From a virus (taxonomy: Duplodnaviria > Caudoviricetes), in IMG/VR virus record IMGVR_UViG_3300024232_000036, positions 1 to 38,777 of that record: DNA of 38,777 nucleotides; one strand, given 5' to 3'. The translations under genes were made by a program, and so were the position numbers. Under the pieces are notes generated by a model. The model searched no databases. It had not been told where the DNA came from and worked only from the letters and a program-made list of their open reading frames with translations. Position 1 is the stretch's first letter; each line of letters begins with the position of its first letter. Positions 16,128-22,708 of this stretch are shown here, piece by piece.

Positions 16128-16573
16128 GGCTTGAGGTCCTCAAAGATATCTTGTGGACGCAGCGTACCTGTTTCTACGCGCCTGTGATAATCGGCAACGT
16201 CGAACTTGTCAAGCCTAATGGCACAGGCTTGCCATGCTGCATCTACGTCGATTGATGGCTCGGCTTCGATAATACCTGCAGCGCACATCATGTCGTGCAG
16301 AGGGTCCTTCGAGATAGTGAGCGTACAAGTACCGTCCTTGTGTTTGTCAAGCGTGGAGGTCATGCGGAGGAGCGGCCAAATGCCTGATGAAACGTTGGAC
16401 ATCTCAAAGAGAGTCTTGTCGGCATGCCGGGCCTGGGACAGCAAGAGGCGGAGCCGGATAGCAATCTTCATGTTGTCAAGCTGAAACTCGATCGGGTCGC
16501 GCAGTGCGTCATACCAGGTTTTGATATAACGCTTATCGGGTGGGGGCGGCTTGCGATTACGCTTGGTGGGCAT
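16124..16573 (-). CDS. Hypothetical protein
   Basis: Start reassigned to ATG 16573, because the track's TTG start coincides with the -35 box. Confidence 0.62.
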   Translation of the reverse strand: MPTKRNRKPPPPDKRYIKTWYDALRDPIEFQLDNMKIAIRLRLLLSQARHADKTLFEMSNVSSGIWPLLRMTSTLDKHKDGTCTLTISKDPLHDMMCAAGIIEAEPSIDVDAAWQACAIRLDKFDVADYHRRVETGTLRPQDIFEDLKP

Positions 16574-16607
16574 GGCGAGGGCCTCGCGTGATGGGATCGC
16601 GGGGTAG

Positions 16608-16636
16608 AGTATGACAGAACTGCGGGCAATTGTCAA
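16608..16636 (-). promoter_or_regulatory. Sigma70-type promoter
   Basis: TTGACA-17 bp-CATACT with an extended TG. Confidence 0.75.
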
Positions 16637-16646
16637 GCAGTATCGT

Positions 16647-16822
16647 GGGGTATCGTATTGGCACTATGGTCTTATGCTCGTAAGGTTTTTCAGAGGGCGT
16701 CCACCGGCCGCTCTTAATATATAGTAGTTATTTTTTTTTTGAACTAACTCAAGACACACCTGCCCTGCGACAATAGTTACGAGCATAAGACCGTAATGCC
16801 GTAACCAATAACATGATACCCC
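16647..16822. repeat. Long inverted repeat flanking an AT-rich core (origin-like)
   Basis: Perfect 16-bp arms at 16668-16683 and 16777-16792, extending imperfectly to GGGGTATC/GATACCCC; the core contains TTAATATATAGTAGTTA and a T10 run. Confidence 0.7.
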
Positions 16823-16930
16823 AACTTTACCTGGTTAACTACCCCAACCACCTCAGCCGCCCCAGCGATCTTAGCGCCCCTTGAAAAACGATAGTCCTGA
16901 TCTTAGCTCCGCCCTCCGGGCGGACAAGCG

Positions 16931-16955
16931 AAAACGGCCGCCTTTCGGCGGCCGT
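16931..16955 (-). terminator. Intrinsic terminator
   Basis: ACGGCCGCC-GAAA-GGCGGCCGT-TTT. Confidence 0.72.
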
Positions 16956-16958
16956 CCT

Positions 16959-17027
16959 TCATCGGTTCAAGGCGTAGTAGAAGAGCACCATGACGGCGCC
17001 TGCGATTGCCCAGGTGACGAAGATCAC
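16959..17027 (-). CDS. Small single-TM peptide (22 aa)
   Basis: GTGA overlap; MIFVTWAIAGAVMVLFYYALNR; ends just before the terminator. Confidence 0.45.
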   Translation of the reverse strand: MIFVTWAIAGAVMVLFYYALNR

Positions 17028-17248
17028 GACACCTGGCCGTCCAAGAAGTCTCGGAACCAGATCGGCCCGACAGGGAGAGATCCGGCCCGGGTGAAGCCCT
17101 TCCGCAAGGAGCCATGCGAGCCGAGATAGAACTTGAACTCCCAACTCGGGTGTTCCATGACGACCGCGCCGCGCGCGAGTCGCTTTGTTATTTTCCACCC
17201 GCGCGCTTCGAGTGCGCGGCCATATGTTTCTTGCTGCGTGAGTGACAT
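17024..17248 (-). CDS. Hypothetical protein
   Basis: AGAAGGA RBS; YLGSHGSLRKG motif. Confidence 0.65.
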   Translation of the reverse strand: MSLTQQETYGRALEARGWKITKRLARGAVVMEHPSWEFKFYLGSHGSLRKGFTRAGSLPVGPIWFRDFLDGQVS

Positions 17249-17330
17249 TGAACGTTCCTTCTAGGTGAACGGTACCTTGAACGGTACCCGGAACCGGCAC
17301 CCTGAAGGGTGCCGGAACCGGCTGCCGTTC

Positions 17331-17849
17331 CTACTCGGCCGCTTCCGCGATGACTTCGGCCGCCTGGCCGATGAAATCCAGTCGCGTCTTGACGTTCGAG
17401 TCGATCTTCGCCGAGAGCGCGCGATAGTCCTTCATGGAAAGCTTGCCCTTCAGGACCTGCTGAGCCTCGGTTCCGTTGAGGCCCTTCAACTCGGTCTTGA
17501 TGGCCGAGCCCTTCATCTTCAGGTTATGCGTCATATAGGCGATGACGCAATCCAGGCGGTATTCCTCCGCCGGAGTCAGGCGGGCGGTGTGGGAACCGAT
17601 CGCGCTGCGCATCCAATCGTAGATGCGCTCGTGCAGCTTTTCCTGCTGCGCGCGCTTGTACTCGGGCGAAGCCGGATTACCGTCCTCGTCTTTCGCGATT
17701 GCACCCTTGTCGGTATACTTCTGGTGCAGCCCGTGATAGAGCCCGCGAACGATCATCGAGTCATCGCACTTAGTCAAATCAACTCGGAACGTCGCGCCCG
17801 TGGAAGCCGGAGTCACGTCGATGAAATCCGGCAAATTAAACGTCGGCAT
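17331..17849 (-). CDS. Early hypothetical protein (first gene of the leftward arm)
   Basis: 172 aa with strong codon bias; followed by the hairpin CCGGCACCC-TTCA-GGGTGCCGG. Confidence 0.78.
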   Translation of the reverse strand: MPTFNLPDFIDVTPASTGATFRVDLTKCDDSMIVRGLYHGLHQKYTDKGAIAKDEDGNPASPEYKRAQQEKLHERIYDWMRSAIGSHTARLTPAEEYRLDCVIAYMTHNLKMKGSAIKTELKGLNGTEAQQVLKGKLSMKDYRALSAKIDSNVKTRLDFIGQAAEVIAEAAE

Positions 17850-18271
17850 TTGGGGAACCTTTGCGTGAAAGTTTTTCCCACGCGCGGCACAATGCCCGCA
17901 TGGGCCTTTGTACCTATTACCAAACCCGACCGATGTTGGTCCCGACGGTTTCCCGGGAGTCCGTCGCCGTTAGGCGCGGGCCAGGAAGAGTCCCCACCCA
18001 CGCGGGGGGGATTTTCGGGCGAGGCCCGCGGGGTTCGCGGCGGGCCGTTTCAACAAGGTCATAATACACGCTTCGGCAAAGGGAAGCTGTGTTTGTTGAG
18101 CATGGCAGCTATGCGCTATGGGGTAGTCTACACCAAAGCGGCTCGTAGGAAGACTTTCCTTGACAAGTGCTATTCTCGCAGGTCTGGTATGTAGGAACTG
18201 CATAGGATGAGGCCTACGGAATAGGACTCTTCCTACGCGTGGGCTGCATGGCAGGCATGCAGTCTTTGCAC

Positions 18272-18300
18272 TTGCGCCGAGGCGGCGGAAGTGGTATACT
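18272..18300 (+). promoter_or_regulatory. Rightward sigma70-type promoter
   Basis: TTGCGC-17 bp-TATACT with an extended TG. Confidence 0.6.
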
Positions 18301-18491
18301 CCCCCCATAGCCAGGGACTAGAACGACGGGCCATAAGCCGTGAAAGTTTCTCCGCAGTTTAGAAAGTACCCCAACCTAACCCCATTCTCTCTATCGTACT
18401 CTTTACGCTCCTCCAACAATCGGCAGCGCGAAGCGCTCGCGGAACCTGCTATGGTAAACTTTACAACCTCATAACAATCGGCACAGTTCGA

Positions 18492-18519
18492 TTGACTTTT
18501 GATGCGAGCCTGGTAGAAT
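18492..18519 (+). promoter_or_regulatory. Rightward sigma70-type promoter before the late arm
   Basis: TTGACT-16 bp-TAGAAT with an extended TG. Confidence 0.65.
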
Positions 18520-18547
18520 ACCATATGGGCACCCGGCAAGCCGGGAA

Positions 18548-19426
18548 ATGAGTGTGGAAATGGGCAATGACGCAGCGAAGCTCGCCCCGATGCGGCCCGG
18601 CCCGCAGATAGAGGTGACGCTAGGCCCTGGTGGGCTGATCAGCGGAGGCATGACTAACGAGCCTTCCTTCCGGCATGCCGGCATCGCGGCCGCTGAAGAT
18701 ACTGTGTTCGAGGGGGCCACGCCCCACGGGGATGACGTTTCCGTAGAGGATGTGAGGGAACTGACTGAGGAAGAGGTGGTGAATGCGCCCGGCCCGCATG
18801 AGAAGAACAGCGGATCGACTGGCCCGGCAATCAGAGCACTTAGATATCAGCACCATGAAATTGCTCGACTGCTTGCAGCAGGTACAAAGCCTTCGGAGAT
18901 CGCCCGCATCCTCGACGTCACAGTCCCGACAATCGCCCGGCTCATCGCCACCCCGCAGTTTCAAGATCTGCTGCATGGATATACCACTGCCAGAGACCAC
19001 GCCGCGATTGACATTGGAGTACGTCTCAAAGTCGCCGGCGCAATCGCGCTCGACAAGCTCACAGAGAAGCTCGAAGGGACGCCGGGCGTAGCGATGCCGG
19101 CAGACTGGCTGACCAAGACTGCCCTTGGCCTAGTAGATCGGGCCGGACATGCGCCTGTGCAGAGGACCTTCCATGCCTCAGTCAACACCGCAATCAGCCC
19201 TGCAGACATTCGAGCAATGCGGATGGAGCGGGCCGCGCGTACAGTCGTGTTGGCTCCGCATACCGGACCGGATGGCTCCCTCAAGGCCGATCATCGGCCG
19301 GATGACTCCTTCTCAGGCCCGAGGCTTGAGGCACGAGAGGAAGGTCTGGGAGTATCTGTGCAGGATACAGCCGACGCTATGGCCCGAGATGATGCTGCTG
19401 CGCAACCCGTGGTTCCAGAACCTTAG
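18548..19426 (+). CDS. HTH-containing protein, probable terminase small subunit
   Basis: HHEIARLLAAGTKPSEIARILDVTVPTIARL HTH followed by long helices and LVDRAGH; first gene of the late arm. Confidence 0.6.
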   Translation: MSVEMGNDAAKLAPMRPGPQIEVTLGPGGLISGGMTNEPSFRHAGIAAAEDTVFEGATPHGDDVSVEDVRELTEEEVVNAPGPHEKNSGSTGPAIRALRYQHHEIARLLAAGTKPSEIARILDVTVPTIARLIATPQFQDLLHGYTTARDHAAIDIGVRLKVAGAIALDKLTEKLEGTPGVAMPADWLTKTALGLVDRAGHAPVQRTFHASVNTAISPADIRAMRMERAARTVVLAPHTGPDGSLKADHRPDDSFSGPRLEAREEGLGVSVQDTADAMARDDAAAQPVVPEP

Positions 19427-20354
19427 GTTCCCGCCGTTACCGGCTGACAGGCCGAGAGCAGCAGAAACCCAGCCAGAGGAGTTGAAAGATGCCCTTTCCG
19501 AAGAAGGCGAGCCGGTCGGGCGGAGGCCCGAAGCGGACGACGAAGCGGGTCGCACCTTCGGCCCCGATGCCGGTTCCAGTGGGCGGCCCACCGATCCCGC
19601 CGCTGGACCCGAGTATGGTGCCGGTACCGGGGGTAGCGCCGGTCGGCCCGCCTCCTGGCCCGCCGATGCCAGGGATGCCAGGGATGCCGGTCGGCCGAGC
19701 GATCAAGGGCCTTCGGTAGAAAAGGCGCACCCAACGCGGAGCTTGGACGATGCCGAGCAAGCCCGAACTGGAAAACCTCCTAACCGAAGTCTCAGCTCTC
19801 AAGCCGACGAACCAGAAAGCCTTTCTACGTCAACAGGAGCTTATCCGCGCGGTACGTCTACAACTGGGCTTGCCGGCCGGTCAAGCTCCGGGCCGGGTGC
19901 GGACGGTCGTTCCACAGGCGAAGCCAAGGAGTTGAGAGATGCCGCTCAAGAAATCTCCCTCGAAGAAAGCAGTCAGCGAGAACATCCGGACAGAAATCAA
20001 GGCCGGCAAGCCGCAGAAGCAGGCCGTCGCGATCGCGTTGGAAACTCAGCGGAGAGCGGGTGGTGGGAAGCAGCGGCCAAGGGGGCGGTGATCGGCCCGA
20101 GGGCAAGCCCGGACCTGGTAGGGATATGCCGGGACTGGGGCCTGATCGTGGAGGCGAAGCTGTCAGTCACCCCGCAGGCTGAGGAACAGCTGAAGCGGTA
20201 CAAAGAAATTTGTGACAACGTCTGGCCTGGCCGGCGCTGGGTGCTAGTCCAGGCAGCAAGGAACTGGCGGGCGGGCGTGCCCTACTGGGTGGTCGGTCCG
20301 GGCAGTTGGGAAAGAGCGAGTAGGATGGTGGCCTGGCATTTCCAGGCAGCGTAA
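19272..20354 (+). CDS. PD-(D/E)xK nuclease-like ORF with a long internal insert; the C-terminal half may also start at GTG 20088
   Basis: N-part RGLRHERKVWEYL...NPWF; C-part SPDLVG...LIVEAKL...AEEQLKRY. The frame is open from 19149; the start is uncertain. Confidence 0.6.
   Translation: MAPSRPIIGRMTPSQARGLRHERKVWEYLCRIQPTLWPEMMLLRNPWFQNLRFPPLPADRPRAAETQPEELKDALSEEGEPVGRRPEADDEAGRTFGPDAGSSGRPTDPAAGPEYGAGTGGSAGRPASWPADARDARDAGRPSDQGPSVEKAHPTRSLDDAEQARTGKPPNRSLSSQADEPESLSTSTGAYPRGTSTTGLAGRSSSGPGADGRSTGEAKELRDAAQEISLEESSQREHPDRNQGRQAAEAGRRDRVGNSAESGWWEAAAKGAVIGPRASPDLVGICRDWGLIVEAKLSVTPQAEEQLKRYKEICDNVWPGRRWVLVQAARNWRAGVPYWVVGPGSWERASRMVAWHFQAA
19440..19473 (+). repeat. CCGGCTGACAGGCCG...AAACCCAGC motif with a 10-nt insertion
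   Basis: Matches 15539-15562 on the opposite strand. Confidence 0.6.
19489..19719 (+). CDS. Small basic, Pro-rich protein (nested gene 1)
   Basis: GAGGAG RBS; MPFPKKASRSGGGPKR... Confidence 0.65.
   Translation: MPFPKKASRSGGGPKRTTKRVAPSAPMPVPVGGPPIPPLDPSMVPVPGVAPVGPPPGPPMPGMPGMPVGRAIKGLR
19750..19935 (+). CDS. Small hypothetical protein (nested gene 2)
   Basis: MPSKPELENLLTEV...; amphipathic helices. Confidence 0.55.
   Translation: MPSKPELENLLTEVSALKPTNQKAFLRQQELIRAVRLQLGLPAGQAPGRVRTVVPQAKPRS
19939..20091 (+). CDS. Small basic conserved phage protein, 50 aa (nested gene 3)
   Basis: MPLKKSPSKKAVSENIRTEIKAGKPQKQAVAIAL..., a pattern I recognise near phage head genes; AAGGAG RBS. Confidence 0.8.
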   Translation: MPLKKSPSKKAVSENIRTEIKAGKPQKQAVAIALETQRRAGGGKQRPRGR

Positions 20355-20369
20355 ACAAGGAGCTGAAGA

Positions 20370-20936
20370 ATGAAGCCAATGATCTGTATGGTGATCCCAC
20401 TCGGCGAAGCCCCTGGATACCCGGACCAGGGACTTCCTGGTGGCCCGCCAGGCATCTGGCCGTCGCCAGGGCACCCGGCTCACCCGATCGCACCAGGCGG
20501 CCAGCCCCCTGGTATTTGGCCAAGTCCTGGGCACCCGGATCAGGGTCTTCCGCCTGGTGCAGGCCATCCGTCGCATCCGATCGCTCTGCCCCCGATGCCT
20601 GTGCATCCCGAGCATCCGATTGCGGGGGTAGGCGGAACGCCAGAGCACCCGATCTATACGCCGCCGCAGCCCGGGCACCCAAGCAATCCGATCTACATTC
20701 CTGGATCGCCAGAGCACCCGATCGCGCTGCCGCCCGGCACAGTGTGGCCGCCGCTCCCGCCTGACGGCGGCTCGGGCGTGGTGGTCGTGCTTGCGTGGGT
20801 ACCAGGTGTCGGCTACCGCTGGGTGGTGATCGATACCTCGCAGCAGCCGGACCAGGGCCTGCCGGGAGCGCCGCCAGCGCCGGATCAGGGACTTCCGCAG
20901 CCGCAGCCACCGACTGCACAGCCGAGGCGCCGGTAA
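20370..20936 (+). CDS. Pro/Gly/His repeat protein
   Basis: AAGGAG RBS; repeats PDQGLP, PPGIWPSPGHP and P(E/S/A)HPI. Confidence 0.8.
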   Translation: MKPMICMVIPLGEAPGYPDQGLPGGPPGIWPSPGHPAHPIAPGGQPPGIWPSPGHPDQGLPPGAGHPSHPIALPPMPVHPEHPIAGVGGTPEHPIYTPPQPGHPSNPIYIPGSPEHPIALPPGTVWPPLPPDGGSGVVVVLAWVPGVGYRWVVIDTSQQPDQGLPGAPPAPDQGLPQPQPPTAQPRRR

Positions 20937-20991
20937 GTCCGCCCGAAGGGCGTGCGATAGGCACGCGAGTGAACGTAAAAGGAGATGTAGA

Positions 20992-21666
20992 ATGAAGAGG
21001 CTTCTGTTTGGTGCGATTGCTGCACTTGGACTGGTGCTTGGCCAGCCAGCTGTAGCCGACCCGATCATCACGTTCGGTCAGACGGCCAACGTCAACACTA
21101 TCACCGGCACGGCGTCCGCCAGCGGCACCGTCTGGGGCAACGACAACATCGCTGTTTCGATCAGCCAGATCGCGGCCGGCGTCGTTACTCCAGTCGCGGC
21201 CTTTCTCGACGTGCATGCTACGTCGATCAGCGGTGCTGTGTCGGTCGGCGGGGCTATCGTTCAGCACTTTTCGGGTTCGTTCTCGATCAACAGCCTTGCC
21301 AACAACACCGGCACTAATTACCTCAGCGGCCTGTTTTCGGACGCGGCGATCACCGCGAACGGAGCCAGTGCCATTGCGGTGTTCGCTCCTACGGCCAGCT
21401 TCGTTTCGGACGTCATCACTACGCTGGGCCTGCCTCGTGCCATCGCGTTCTCGTTCAGCAACGTGACGCCGCCGGTCAGCCTGGCGGCCTGCACGACTTG
21501 CGACGGCGGCGGAGCGGGGCAGACCATCGCCTCGTTCACGGCAGCTGTGGCCGGCGTCGCGTCGGCTGAGGTGCCGGAGCCAGCAACACTCGCCCTGTTT
21601 GGCGGCTCGCTGCTCGGCCTCGGTATCCTGCGCCGGCGGAAGAAGGAGGATCAACTCGCGGCCTAA
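20992..21666 (+). CDS. PEP-CTERM sorting-domain surface protein
   Basis: N-terminal signal peptide (MKRLLFG...PAVA|DP), Ser/Thr/Ala-rich body, VPEPATLALFGGSLLGLGILRRRKK. Confidence 0.92.
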   Translation: MKRLLFGAIAALGLVLGQPAVADPIITFGQTANVNTITGTASASGTVWGNDNIAVSISQIAAGVVTPVAAFLDVHATSISGAVSVGGAIVQHFSGSFSINSLANNTGTNYLSGLFSDAAITANGASAIAVFAPTASFVSDVITTLGLPRAIAFSFSNVTPPVSLAACTTCDGGGAGQTIASFTAAVAGVASAEVPEPATLALFGGSLLGLGILRRRKKEDQLAA

Positions 21667-21694
21667 GCACCGCGTGTAGAGATTCGTAAACAAA

Positions 21695-21724
21695 GGGAGC
21701 GGCCATAGAGCCGCTCCCACTTTT
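21695..21724 (+). terminator. Intrinsic terminator after the PEP-CTERM gene
   Basis: GGGAGCGGC-CATAGA-GCCGCTCCC-ACTTTT. Confidence 0.65.
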
Positions 21725-21758
21725 ACCCTCACCTCCGGTTTCTCTAGAGGAGGTGAAC

Positions 21759-22268
21759 ATGGCAGAGACTACTGTACCGCCCCGGCCCGGCCAGCCCGGC
21801 TCACCGGCTCCGGCCCAGCCACGACAAGGCCCGCAGACCAGTTCCAGCCCGCTGATCAATCGCGGCCCGCTGGAGCCACAGCGCGCAGCGGGGTACGACC
21901 CGGAAACGGGAACGTATCTGGAACCGGAGCAGCCGGAAGATATTCTGGAGGCCCGGAAGCGCGTTGCGGAGTGGGACTGGTCGAAGGAGCCACGCGACTG
22001 GTCTAGCGTCCCGACGTACTTTACGCCGGAGGCGCCACCTCCGGAGCCGCGTGTAGGCGGCTACACATCGAAGTCGGGAGAAACGATCACTTTCGCTGGC
22101 ACGACGGATGAGACTCGGGCACTGGCAGCACTGAAAGTGCTGAAGAATATGGGCTATACGGAGGACCCGGCGGATCTGCCAATCCCACCACCAGCCGGCA
22201 CGTCGGCGACTTCGCTTCAGGCAGGGATGACGACGAACCGGGCCACTGGCGTGCGGAGTGGTCCGTAG
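21759..22268 (+). CDS. Hypothetical Pro-rich protein
   Basis: ATG at 21759 follows GAGGAGGTGA. Confidence 0.72.
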   Translation: MAETTVPPRPGQPGSPAPAQPRQGPQTSSSPLINRGPLEPQRAAGYDPETGTYLEPEQPEDILEARKRVAEWDWSKEPRDWSSVPTYFTPEAPPPEPRVGGYTSKSGETITFAGTTDETRALAALKVLKNMGYTEDPADLPIPPPAGTSATSLQAGMTTNRATGVRSGP

Positions 22269-22270
22269 GC

Positions 22271-22672
22271 ATGGGCGGAGGTTTACCTGGGCTTGGGGGG
22301 CCGACTGCCCCCCAAGTTCCGCTGGACCAGCTACTCGCTGGTCTGGTGACAGCTCCACCGGCCGTTACGGCTCCACAAGTGTTCTCGGGCGGTGACCCGA
22401 ACACCTCGATGCAGATAGCTAACCAGGTGACGCAGCCGCCTGGACCGCCTGGGCCACCGACCGGCCCGACGATGCAGGCTGGAGGCCCGGCACCGGGAGC
22501 ACCGGCTGCACCGCAAGCACCTGGCGCACCGTTGCCTCCGCAGGCGAGCATGCCGGATCACATGCAGCCCTCGAGATTCACCTTTGGCGCGCATCAGCTG
22601 CAGCCAGCGCTAGCCGGGCTTGGCGCGAAACAATTCACTCCGCCGATCCAGCCGACGCCGTTCGGGATGTAG
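22271..22672 (+). CDS. Pro/Gly/Gln-rich low-complexity protein
   Basis: Tiles the operon; GGAG RBS. Confidence 0.65.
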   Translation: MGGGLPGLGGPTAPQVPLDQLLAGLVTAPPAVTAPQVFSGGDPNTSMQIANQVTQPPGPPGPPTGPTMQAGGPAPGAPAAPQAPGAPLPPQASMPDHMQPSRFTFGAHQLQPALAGLGAKQFTPPIQPTPFGM

Positions 22673-22708
22673 CTACAGCAACTACACCCCCGAGGGGGCC
22701 CCAATTTT

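Noticed and set aside
8246-17849. Paralogy between the 8246-8746 and 17331-17849 proteins (QAAKVIA / QAAEVIA)
   Set aside because: Similar size and one short Ala-rich match only; too weak without a profile comparison.
19409-19426. VVPEP at the end of the TerS-like ORF as a second PEP-CTERM
   Set aside because: A stop follows immediately, with no TM helix, basic tail or signal peptide.
20167-21732. 521-aa minus-strand ORF (likewise 28416-29417)
   Set aside because: Antisense to the repeat-protein and PEP-CTERM genes (or the capsid gene); composition is not protein-like.
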